Assembly (NCBI GenBank): GCA_963810275.1
Contig: CAWENF010000003.1
Span: 1 to 64,000, forward strand
Origin: an uncultured archaeon
Lineage (GTDB): Archaea > Thermoproteota > Bathyarchaeia > Bathyarchaeales > Bathycorpusculaceae
Direction: 5' to 3'
Length of the DNA: 64,000 nucleotides
The position numbers were made by a program, and so were the translations under genes. The notes beneath the pieces were generated by a model. The model did not search any database and was not told the origin of the DNA. It worked only from the letters and a program-made list of their open reading frames with translations. This document shows, in pieces, positions 19,387-29,203 of the stretch; position 1 is the first letter of the stretch, and each line of letters opens with the position of its first letter.

Positions 19387-22108
19387 TTGAACTTTTCTAA
19401 GCAAACCGCAATAGCACTTTCAATGATTTTTATACTCAGTATATTCGCATCATCATTTGCAGCTCCATTGGCAAGCGCCCAGCAAAACATTCCATCTGGT
19501 ACACATATCGCAACTTATGCAAGAATCAACGTAGCCCCAAACCCAATCGGCGTCGGACAACAAGTCGCAGTAAACTTCTACCTAGCCACACCACTCATAG
19601 ATAGCAGCCCCCCAGAAAACATGACAGTCCACGTTACCGATCCAGACGGCAACCTTGAAGTTATGGGTCCATACACAGGCGACACAACCGGAGGAACATA
19701 CTTCAACTTCGTCCCAGACCAAGTCGGCGAATGGAAATTCCAAATGTTCTACGGCGGACAAGTAACCGCAGGCAGCTCAGGCTTCGGAGGAGGACCACCA
19801 ACAAACGCGGGACTCATCGAAGACCCAAGCGAAAGCCCAATCGTCACCCTAACCGTCCAAGAAGAACCCATAACACAAACCGCATACCCCCTAACCCCAC
19901 TACCAACAAACTACTGGGAAACACCAGTCTCCGCTCAAAACGTCCAAACCTGGTACAGCCTAATGGGTCCCTGGCTAGGACTTGGCACCATAACCTTTGC
20001 CCAAACAGGCGCATACAACGTCAGCAGCCTATGCAACCCTTGGACTCCATCAGTAACATCCGGACACATACTCTGGACTAAAACTTGGGGCGCAGGCGGC
20101 GTCGTAGGCGGAAGCGCAGGTGGAACCGAAGACTCAGGCAGCTACTGGTCAACAAGACAATACTGGCCACAGTACGCACCAGTAATCATGAACGGCAAAA
20201 TGTACTCAACATACTACCCAGAAACCACAGGCTACTCAAACGGCATACTATGCACAGACCTCTATACAGGCGAAACTTTATGGAAACTAAACACAACCTC
20301 AGTTCTCAGATGTGGAATGACAACACAATGGAAAACACCAAATATGTACGGCGTAATAGGCCCCTACATTTGGACCTCAGGCAACCTGCCAGCATCAGAA
20401 ACAGGCGGAAAACTAATCCAAAGCACAGGCATGGAAATGGGCATGTTTGGTCCACAACAAAAACCAGCATACAACCTATACTCCGCCGAGACTGGCCAAT
20501 ACGTACTAAGCATCGTTAACGGTTCCTCATTAACGATCAAAGAAGACTCTCAGGGAGACTTGATCGGCTACTACCTAAATAGCACCGTAGGCACCATGAG
20601 AACCTACGGCCCTGCCGGATCATTCGGTGGCCAACCAGTTACAGGTTTAGTGAACATCACTGCAGGCCACCCAGTCCTATGCTGCTTTAACTTCTCACAG
20701 GCACTCGGCAACGTCTTTGGATGGAGTCCATCACAGAACACCGCAATTGACTTCGGACTAGGCGTCATGTGGGCCAAACCAGTACCCACTGAAATCAACG
20801 GAGCCCCAATCACCCCACCACTCGCCATGGACGCAATCAACCCACTCGGCGGCGACGCAGTAGTACTAACAGGCGGATACACAATCATGCAAGGCGGAGG
20901 AGACGAAACATCCGGCTGGCTAGTCATAGCTAGCATGGACGACACAACAGGCGACATCTTAATGTGCAAAAACTTCACATACGCAGACGGCTTCAAATCC
21001 CTACTGCCCTACACCAGAACAACCAGCTGCAACATAGACGGCTACAGAGCAATAGCTAACGTAGTAAACAACGAAATCGACGCCATCAACATCCGAACAG
21101 GCCAAAAAGCATGGTCATCAACCCTACAAACGCCTTCAGGCACCACAAACACCTACGACACATTCGGCTTCAAAGCAGCACCAGTAAACGGAACACTAGT
21201 ACTCTTCGGACTAGGTGGAGACATCTGGGCATACAACGGAAAAACCGGCTCAGAAATGTGGTACACCAACACCACCAGCCTAATCGGCGACTCAGGCATA
21301 GAAACACCCTACGGAACCTGGCCGCTTTGGGTCTTTAGCTCACAAGCCTACACACCAGAAATCGCATACCTAGCAATCGGCCACGAATACAACCCACCAC
21401 TATTCCACGGAGGACAACTACTAGCCATCAACATGACCGACGGCACACTTGTTTGGAGTGAACTAGGCGCCTACATCAGATCAGTGGCAATCGCAAACGG
21501 AGTTCTACTATCCTTAAACGCATACGACAACCAAATCTACGCCTTCGGAAAAGGACCAACTAAAATGACAGTTGAAGCCCCAAGCATCGGAGTAAACACC
21601 GCAACGCCCATACACATCACCGGAACCATCACAGACGTCTCAGCAGGCATCGAACAATCCGAAGTCGCAAAGAACTACCCCAACGGAGTACCATGCATCT
21701 CTGACGAAAGCCAAAGCAGATGGATGGAACACGTATACCAAGACCAGCCAATGCCAACAAACATGACCGGCGTGCCAATCACAATAAGTGTACTTGACCA
21801 AAACGGAAACTACCGCGCCATCGGCACAACAACAAGCACTCCAGGAGGCACGTTTGGCTTCACATGGACACCAGACATACCAGGCGAATACACGCTCTAC
21901 GCTGGCTTCGAAGGTTCTAACTCGTACTGGCCAACAACTGCAACTACATCATTCTACGCAGGTGACCACCAAACACCAGCACCTTCCCAAACAATCCAAC
22001 AAGCAGCAGATAACACAATGCTCATAATCGCAGTCGGAGTAGCCATAGTGATTGCCATCGCAGTGGTTGGAGCAGTTCTGCTACTCGCAATAAAACGACG
22101 CAGCCTAA
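19387..22108 (+). CDS. Secreted, membrane-anchored PQQ-like beta-propeller surface protein (paralog 3); natural stop displaced by one extra base
   Basis: Same architecture as paralogs 1 and 2. After TM-KRR a TAA lies in the +1 frame at 22106-22108, followed by the pyrimidine/T tract also seen after the other two paralogs. The track extension to 22317 overlaps the next gene. Confidence 0.85.
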
Positions 22109-22222
22109 AATCAGGTCTAAAAATTTCTCCCCTATCTTTTTTTAAATGCATAAAAGTCACAATCGCTTTTTATAACATTAGTAGGATAAATGAAAAATAT
22201 TGCAATGAAAGGAGAATTGGGA

Positions 22223-22793
22223 TTGAAAAGAAAACTACTATCGCTTGCACTACTTTTGGTTGTGGCTTGTTTGATTACGCCAACTGTATCTGCAAATGCA
22301 CAAATAAATCGCATTAGCCAAACTCGAAAGTTTCGAAGACAACTACACATTCATAGAAGATCTAGAACCAAGTTACTATCCCTATACTCAAATAAAAGTT
22401 GACGATTACACAAGAATGGCAGAATTCAACTATATGTTCAACCAAGTCACTGACGCAAAAGGACAATTACACCTCAACGGTAAAGCATCAATTAGAGGCT
22501 CGATGCAAAGTGAAGCGTGGTTATTTGACGATATACGCCAAGTCTGGATTTTAGGCCAAAATCAAATACAATCCTCAAAAATGTTTTCTTCATTAAACGA
22601 ATTAAGCTTTGACTCCAACACCCAAACCAGCCAACAAGTAGGCATACTTGCAAACAAAATGAAAGCGAGCGCATTAGATCTAGATACTGGCCAAACCATC
22701 ACCGTAGACGTCTTAGCAATAGAGCATATGATGTTTAAGTATAACAACGATGAATTACAGTTTCAGAAATCCTGGGACATCGTTCATGATTAG
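22223..22793 (+). pseudogene. Secreted hypothetical protein split by a +1 frameshift (pseudogene or sequencing error)
   Basis: AAGGAG RBS and TTG at 22223 give signal peptide MKRKLLSLALLLVVACLITPTVSA. Removing one T at 22331-22333 joins it in frame (RKFEDNYTF...TRMAEF) to ORF 22416-22793. Confidence 0.75.
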
Positions 22794-22853
22794 CTAAGGC
22801 TTGCCCAGACAGATAGCAATGAATAATTAACACAAAACAGCCCTTTTAAAGTC

Positions 22854-23289
22854 ATGGACATATTTATGCAAGCGGCGATAAAGGAAGCAAAAAAAGGCTT
22901 ACAAGAAGGCGGAATCCCCATAGGCGCAGTGCTCGTACGAGAAGGCCAGATAATTGGGCGGGGACACAACCGCAGGGTTCAACAAAACAACCCCATCATG
23001 CATGCCGAAATAGACTGTCTGCAAAACGCCGGAAGAATAGGCAAATACACCAACACCACATTATACTCAACGCTGATGCCATGCTATCTCTGCGCCGGCG
23101 CTGTAGTGCAGTTTGGCATTAAAAAAGTCGTTGCTGGAGAAGCAGAAACCTTCGCCGGGGCACAGCAGTTTTTGAAATCAAACGGCGTAAAAGTTGTCTG
23201 ACCTAGAACTCAAAGAGTGCAAGGATTTGATGGCGCGGTTTATCCAAGCTAACCCCGAGTTGTGGAACGAAGACATCGGAGACCTCTAA
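22854..23289 (+). pseudogene. Cytosine/nucleoside deaminase (yeast FCY1-like) with a +1 frameshift at ~23199
   Basis: HAE and PCxxC zinc motifs, GGIPIGA. The conserved C-terminus DLELKECKDLMARFIQANPELWNEDIG continues in the +1 frame after GTC-TGA-C. Confidence 0.85.
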
Positions 23290-23504
23290 AACCCAAGCGA
23301 ACCCCAAAAAAAGGCGCGCCACCTCTCGTTGGTTACTTATATCTTTTCGTTGTTACATCCGCGCAGCAACAATTGGTTATTACTTTTTACTACATATAGA
23401 TTAGCGGTAGAAAGGGAAAGGAGAATGCTTCATAAACTATTTTCAAAATCAAAAATGAACATCAACACAAAGAGTTTCACTAAGAAAAGGACTGCTTATC
23501 CACA

Positions 23505-23654
23505 TTGAAGATTATTATTTGTACATGCGGCAAAAGGATTCTAGTTGTACCTGATGTCGATGCAATGGTTAAAGCTATTGAAAGTCATGCAACAAAGCAT
23601 AAAGGCGTTGAAGAGCACTTAACCAGAGAAGTGCTGTTAGCAATCAGCCAATAA
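23505..23654 (+). CDS. Small CxC/His metal-binding protein, 49 aa
   Basis: Manual translation: MKIIICTCGKRILVVPDVDAMVKAIESHATKHKGVEEHLTREVLLAISQ*; C-x-C...H-x3-H pattern. Confidence 0.65.
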   Translation: MKIIICTCGKRILVVPDVDAMVKAIESHATKHKGVEEHLTREVLLAISQ

Positions 23655-24350
23655 ATCAAACCATCCATTTTTACCTAAAACAACAGATACGAATAGCTAC
23701 AAAGAAACAGATTCTAAATTTTTAGATCATAAAGTAAGTGCATACTTATTTGCACAACTAAAACTTCAACCAAGTCTCTTATAATAAAAAATATTGTTCA
23801 GCGGACTTGACCTTGCGTTAACAACAAAAAGGCAAAAGCAATGGGGGTATACCGCCTTATTGGTTGTTAACAGCCAAACCCGCTCAACTGTTGGCTATCC
23901 CTTGATTACAAGTTAGGGCTTTCTTTAATAAAAACAAATGTTGGCTACACTAGCCTGTAACAAAGACTCTTAAACAGAATAACAAAAACGCGTTTAACAA
24001 ACACACAACCCACACTACACGCAAACACATGGGCGACCACTGTATATACAACGCAAGAAACGTTACCGTTGAAGGATGCCAATCACAGATGTCCTTTGCC
24101 TAGTAATACCAACAATTAATCTACTTTTTAAAAATCCCAATCTCGCTCATAAAAAAACTCAAGTTTCATCGTTGAGCAGCGTCTCCAAATAGTTTCGAGC
24201 CAACTCTAATCCTTGGTCAAAGTTAATTTGCAGCTGCCATCCATTCTTAAGTCAAACGTTGACTAATAACGTCATATAAACCTCTTAACGATTAAGTATC
24301 GAACTTGATAATTACCAGGTAACCAATAACACTGCTAAAATCTTAATCTA

Positions 24351-24698
24351 CTAAAGCCCCCAGCTTTGGATAGCAGTCTCATGTGGAGCCTCTTTTTCCA
24401 CGTGCTGTTTTTTCTTCCTTTCTTCAAATCTATTAATCTTAACCGTTGATTTTTCAGCTGAAACCCAATGAGAGCCATTCAAATCTCGATGATAGACAAA
24501 TTTGTTCACAACATGCTCAAGTTCCTCCAACGTCAAGCGTTCGGATTCCACTGTTAATTTACCTGTTCCATGGGAAACTGAAACCTTAAGGTGTGCCATC
24601 AGAAAATTTGCCAGATTTTCTTTTTCGTTTTCCAAGTCGCCCATATCGACATGTAATTTTGTTGTTTTATCTTTAAAGAGCAAATCTGCCACAGCCAA
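24351..24698 (-). CDS. Hypothetical protein, possibly eL22-like fold
   Basis: Intact 115-aa ORF; the pattern VD..DL...L..FL...K..V....V.KF.....L...V loosely resembles eL22 family proteins. Confidence 0.55.
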   Translation of the reverse strand: MAVADLLFKDKTTKLHVDMGDLENEKENLANFLMAHLKVSVSHGTGKLTVESERLTLEELEHVVNKFVYHRDLNGSHWVSAEKSTVKINRFEERKKKQHVEKEAPHETAIQSWGL

Positions 24699-24974
24699 AC
24701 AACCTTACGTCAATTCGATATTAAAAAGTTAGTGCGAGCCAAACAAATAAAGTAAGTAAAAAAGAGTTTTACCCCGAGTAGAACAAATCTTCATTTTGAA
24801 AGTTCTAAGAATCAAGTTATAGGAAGGTTCATTTACAATCGCTTAGAAAGTTCTTGCCTCCTTGTAGATAATGAATAAAGAGATTTACGACACCAGCCTT
24901 CTGTTACAAAAGTCTGAAAAAGCTATTATACCCTTTTTAGGCTCAGCCTATTAGATAGATTGGAGGTGAGCAGT

Positions 24975-25094
24975 TTAACTGAAGTAGATCAAGTATATTT
25001 CTGCCCAACCTCTGGAAACAAAGTGAAAGTTATCGAAGCAGGAGGAGGAACACTTGTATGTTGCGGAAAACCAATGACACTTTTTCCCGCATAA
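24975..25094 (+). CDS. Desulforedoxin-like mini-protein (second Cys replaced by Ser), probable TTA start
   Basis: Manual translation: (M)TEVDQVYFCPTSGNKVKVIEAGGGTLVCCGKPMTLFPA*. GGAGGTGA lies 5 nt upstream; T-tract downstream. Confidence 0.8.
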   Translation, partial: LTEVDQVYFCPTSGNKVKVIEAGGGTLVCCGKPMTLFPA

Positions 25095-25271
25095 TAGAGT
25101 AAAATATTAATAATTTTCACCCCTCATTTTTTTGCAGCTAAAAAATATAGCAAATAAACATATTAAACCGATAAACTACTAGTTAATCATAGTAACTTCC
25201 ACCTATGGTTGCATTAATACACTTATAAATTACCTATTCTTCCAAAAACCAAAATAATGAACGTTGTTCGT

Positions 25272-25712
25272 TTAGACTCTGCGTTCAGAGCGTGGACGTT
25301 TGCGATACTTTTTTCTTTGAGCTCTCTTGCGAACATTATTCAGCACAATTTTTGCGTGTTCTCGTTCTTTAGCTAATAAAATCATTTGCTTAATTTTCTC
25401 GACAAGCTTCTCAGCGTCATCACGGCTCTCAAAAGGAAGAAAGATGTCTCGATGATTATGAAGGTCTATATCCACAGTCGGTTTTTCATCTTCAGTCATG
25501 TATACGGATTTGATGTCTGCCATTTGTACATGCAGCGGAACAAATATACCAAGTATTTTGCCCAAGGTTTCTTTTAAGATAGGTTTGTTTTCAAGGCCTT
25601 CTTCTATTTCGTTTTTTAAAGTTCCTTTCAAATCAATCTGAAGAAAATCCTCATAAACTGTAATAGTAAAGTGAGATCCGTCAATTTTCAAGTTTATACC
25701 TGATTCCGACAT
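25272..25712 (-). CDS. Hypothetical protein with a basic C-terminal tail
   Basis: 146-aa ORF, ATG preceded by GGGGTA; no motif recognised. Confidence 0.7.
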   Translation of the reverse strand: MSESGINLKIDGSHFTITVYEDFLQIDLKGTLKNEIEEGLENKPILKETLGKILGIFVPLHVQMADIKSVYMTEDEKPTVDIDLHNHRDIFLPFESRDDAEKLVEKIKQMILLAKEREHAKIVLNNVRKRAQRKKYRKRPRSERRV

Positions 25713-25879
25713 TCTTTTTACCCCTTGGTTCCTTGTTACCCAATAGATACTACCCGTTTTAAAAATATCTTCTAAGTCAAGTTACAGTTTTCAAAACAAA
25801 AAAAAGTAGGCTTTGTTTTCCAAGCAATCTGATACGATTTTATCTCTTAGAAAAAGTAAGGAAAAGTGAAGTTTGCCGC

Positions 25880-27000
25880 TTAGATTACCCCATTAAGTAG
25901 GGTTTGCAAATCATCCCGGACGAGCTCTATCCCCTGGTCATAGTAACTTGCAGTTGTTATCCAGTCAGGGTAAAGCCGGAACCAGCAACGTCCGCTAAAC
26001 GTCTTAGCGGCCAACCATCTAATTTGGGAATCATGTCATTTAATTGATCTATTGCACTCTGAAGGTATTTACTGCGAAGTTTCATGTTCTGAGCAAGTGA
26101 TGCAGATTCAATATCTACAATCACTGAATCTAACTCCTTTAGTAAAACATTCTTCCGAGATTCCTGAACCTTAGTATTAACACCAGCAAAATCTTTCGTG
26201 AAGATTTCTGAAATCCATTTCTTTATGTCCTGTAATTCGCCTATGGCTTTACTTGGGGTAATCGGAGGATCAGGTGTGTCAGCACCATAACCGAATACCA
26301 AGAAGCATCCAGATATATGTCCCAGTTGCCACTGCGATAATCCATGCAGACTACTCGGTTAACATCGCCAATGCTTAAGGCAGGATTAATCTGATGCCCC
26401 CACTAGAAGTCACTGCCTAATCAACATTTGTGGGTTATATCATGCGAGTACACGTCCCAGTCACTGCCCAAGCATTGATAAGCAATGTAGTTACCACTGA
26501 CATCTGGGTTTGCTAAACCGCCTAAAACCCTGCTTTGCCCCAAATAACATTATTTGCCAAATCTTTTTGTGTAACACGATAGCTATCTACATATCCCGCC
26601 CAAGCCAACATTGATCCGTCAATAGCAGTAAAACTGACCGGTCGCTGTTGATTGGAAAGGGGAACTGCTTCCTTTGGAGCTGCAACCACATCAAATGTTC
26701 CTCCGGTAGCCAGATTATAAGCAGAAACGTATGAGTTGATAAAGTGTATACCAGTGTATGAATCTGCTGAGTAATTTTCTCCTACATAGACTACTAGGTC
26801 ACCGCTAATTGAGGGGCTAAAGCAAGCCTGTTTAGGAAGCGGCAGACGCTCCTCCGTATGCGTTGCTAAGTTATACATATAGATAGACATGCCAGGGTAG
26901 GTTTCTAAATAAATGCTAGGCCACCAGGTATTGCACCAATCCTGCCACAATACAATATCACCATAAATTGCAGCGGGACCTTGGTTGGCGGTGTTTGTGG
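25880..27000 (-). pseudogene. Degraded cell-surface protein with Methanosarcina-type (TolB-like) beta-propeller repeats, 3' part
   Basis: TNTANQGPAAIYGDIVLWQD, IYMYNLAT.TE, SPSISGDLVVY; several frameshifts; ends PDWITTASYY...LLNGVI* at 25880. Confidence 0.8.
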
Positions 27001-27228
27001 AAAAGGAGACTTAGCTTGATAGGCAAAATGTTTGGTGTAGCTATTTTTATCATGATTACTTTTTTCTTGTTTGCGGGTTTAGAAAACAACATTGTAAAAG
27101 CTGAAACCATTATGCAGATTTCTGAAAGCAAGTTGACCATTTTGCGGTGGTGTGGCAGGACAATCGCAACGGACTCTGGGACATATACATGTATGACTTG
27201 ACGACAAATACGGAAACTCAAATTACCA
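27001..27228 (+). pseudogene. Inverted 5' part of the same surface-protein gene
   Basis: AAGGAG RBS, signal peptide (MFGVAIFIMITFFLFAG), and, after a frameshift, VVWQDNRNGLWDIYMYDLTTNTETQIT. Confidence 0.8.
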
Positions 27229-27235
27229 ATAGATG

Positions 27236-27244
27236 TTTTATACA
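27236..27244 (-). promoter_or_regulatory. Putative TATA box orphaned by the inversion
   Basis: TGTATAAAA on the minus strand; lies 25 nt before the TTG start once 27001-27225 is re-inverted. Confidence 0.5.
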
Positions 27245-27360
27245 AAATCCAGTAAATACCTTTTTTCAGATTGACACATAAATTTCAGCATTGACCCATA
27301 ACGCACTCATCAGGGTAAAGCCAACGAACGTTAAGCAGCAGGTGAAACCGGTGCAGTAGA

Positions 27361-27417
27361 AGTTGTTGTTGCAATTGTTGTTGCAACTGAAAATGGCACG
27401 CGGTTGCAACAACTACA
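27361..27417. repeat. GTTGTTGTTGC...GTTGCAACAACTACA palindromic intergenic repeat, copy 1
   Basis: The 15-mer GTTGCAACAACTACA is identical at 27403 and 52109, and each is preceded by a complementary GTTGTTGTTGC arm. Confidence 0.6.
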
Positions 27418-27900
27418 GAATTCAAACCCAAATTCTTTTTGCAACTATACAAGCTCAAACCTTTTTTGCAAGAAAACGTGTACACAAACGATGAAGCTGA
27501 GAGAAATATCATTTGGATCCAACAATACCTCTAAAATCGAAACCCAGCATAACTCTTCGCTTTCGCATAAGCCTCAACTAGCTCCCTCTCCATTCTAATC
27601 AAAAACCCTTCCTCCATTGAATACTAACGACAGCGTATTTAGCTTAGAAAGCAACTCAAGCCCAATAGGAAAAGGTTGATTTTTAATCAAATAGCTATCA
27701 GCATTGATCGATCAACCAACCATTCTCCAATTAAATATCTGGAAATTCCTTTATTTAAATAAGGGAAATATAACAGATAACCAGCTATAAACAACTGGTC
27801 AACCGATTCTGATCTGCAATTGTTAACTTGTTTTCTGAAATTTCATATTGACGGGTACTGTTATATATGAAGTATTCGTATACGAATAAGAGGCTTTTTA

Positions 27901-28161
27901 GTGAACGAAAAAAATTATGACGAACAAAGAAAAGAAGAGAAACAAATAACAAAACAACTCGTACTCAACGACATCAAAGAATGGAAAAACAAAATCCCCA
28001 AAGAAAAACAAAACAAACCAGCCATAGTAGTAGGTACCAAAACATTCACTCCTGAAGAGATCGAAAAAGAAGTAGAAAAAGATACAGAATACGGCCAAGA
28101 ATTCTCAAAAATACTGGCAAAATCTCGACTTGAATTAACCAAGGGGGCAAAAGAACAATGA
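27901..28161 (+). CDS. Small charged hypothetical protein, partner of the downstream protease
   Basis: 86 aa; TATA-like TTATATA ~35 nt upstream; stop overlaps the next start (ATGA). Confidence 0.8.
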   Translation: MNEKNYDEQRKEEKQITKQLVLNDIKEWKNKIPKEKQNKPAIVVGTKTFTPEEIEKEVEKDTEYGQEFSKILAKSRLELTKGAKEQ

Positions 28162-28940
28162 TTGCCACATTAGAAACCAAAAAAATCATAGAAAGTCTAT
28201 CTTATAATAACCTTCTAAGCAAGTGGCGTTTTAAAACCTCAAAAAAACTATTAATCATCCGACCCAACGTACCGGGAGACAACTATACAGCTATGTTCTC
28301 CTACAACGCAGCAGAACAGGTAAAAACCAAAGCGGTAGCTGAAGGCTGGACAGTAACAGACCTTGCAGCAAACGATGCAAACCCCACCAATGTAGAACAG
28401 AAAATCAACAGTATAAAACCTGACTTCATAGTTCACTACGACCATGGAAGTTCATACACATTATATGGACAAAACAACAACTCAATAACACCTGCAATCA
28501 GCTCAAGCAACGTCGATTTGCTATCAAAAAGAGCAGTAAGCACAGTATCATGTGAGAGCGCAAGTGGACTGGGCCCTTTAGCCATCAGTTCAGTTGACAC
28601 CAAAGCATATTTGGGTTATGATGAACTCCACTGGGTGCACCTTTGGTATCTAGACAAATTCACGGAAGCAGCAAACGCTGCAAACTATGCACTTTTGGAA
28701 GGCAAAACCTACCAGCAAGCCTATGATTTAGCCATACAAAGGTATACTGAAAAATACAATGAACTAGCAGCTGTGGATGCATCTGCTGCTGGTTTGATGC
28801 TGCATGATCGTGACCACTTGCAACTATTAGGTAATCCAAGCGCTAAAGCATCAGGTGTCGTCATCTCAACGTTGAAACCAGCGCCGATACTAAAAAATCC
28901 AGTAATACGTGCACCTATAAGACGAAGGTTGAGCAAGTAA
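28158..28940 (+). CDS. Caspase/gingipain-fold (clan CD, C25/CHAT-like) cysteine peptidase, cytoplasmic
   Basis: PDFIVHYDHG (His96-Gly), AVSTVSC (Cys132), AYLGY, terminal LLGNP; no signal peptide. Confidence 0.75.
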   Translation: MIATLETKKIIESLSYNNLLSKWRFKTSKKLLIIRPNVPGDNYTAMFSYNAAEQVKTKAVAEGWTVTDLAANDANPTNVEQKINSIKPDFIVHYDHGSSYTLYGQNNNSITPAISSSNVDLLSKRAVSTVSCESASGLGPLAISSVDTKAYLGYDELHWVHLWYLDKFTEAANAANYALLEGKTYQQAYDLAIQRYTEKYNELAAVDASAAGLMLHDRDHLQLLGNPSAKASGVVISTLKPAPILKNPVIRAPIRRRLSK

Positions 28941-29203
28941 GCAAACCCCCAACTTTTCTTCTTTTTATTTTTCTATTCTCAATTAAATATAGACTACAAA
29001 AAGCAGCCACAACACAGCATTAAAAACAGTGGTATCGTCTCATAATATAACATGAGAGTTAACGAAAGAGCTTAGGAAAGCTTGCTTTGCAGCTAAAGCT
29101 TAGGAAATCTCTATTAATCCTAAGAAACTATCAGCTTACAAATAAAAGAAACTCAATTATATAGTCAAAAAGCATTGGGCTTTATTGCAAAAATTTTTCA
29201 GAA

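Noticed and set aside
22109-22317. Cys-rich C-terminal extension of propeller 3
   Set aside because: Read-through caused by a one-base shift; it overlaps the terminator tract and the next gene.
26958-27245. 95-aa minus-strand ORF
   Set aside because: It is the antisense of the inverted 5' gene fragment.
27285-27598. Gln-rich ORFs (75 aa minus, 64 aa plus)
   Set aside because: They arise from the GTT/CAA palindromic repeat and show no protein-like features.
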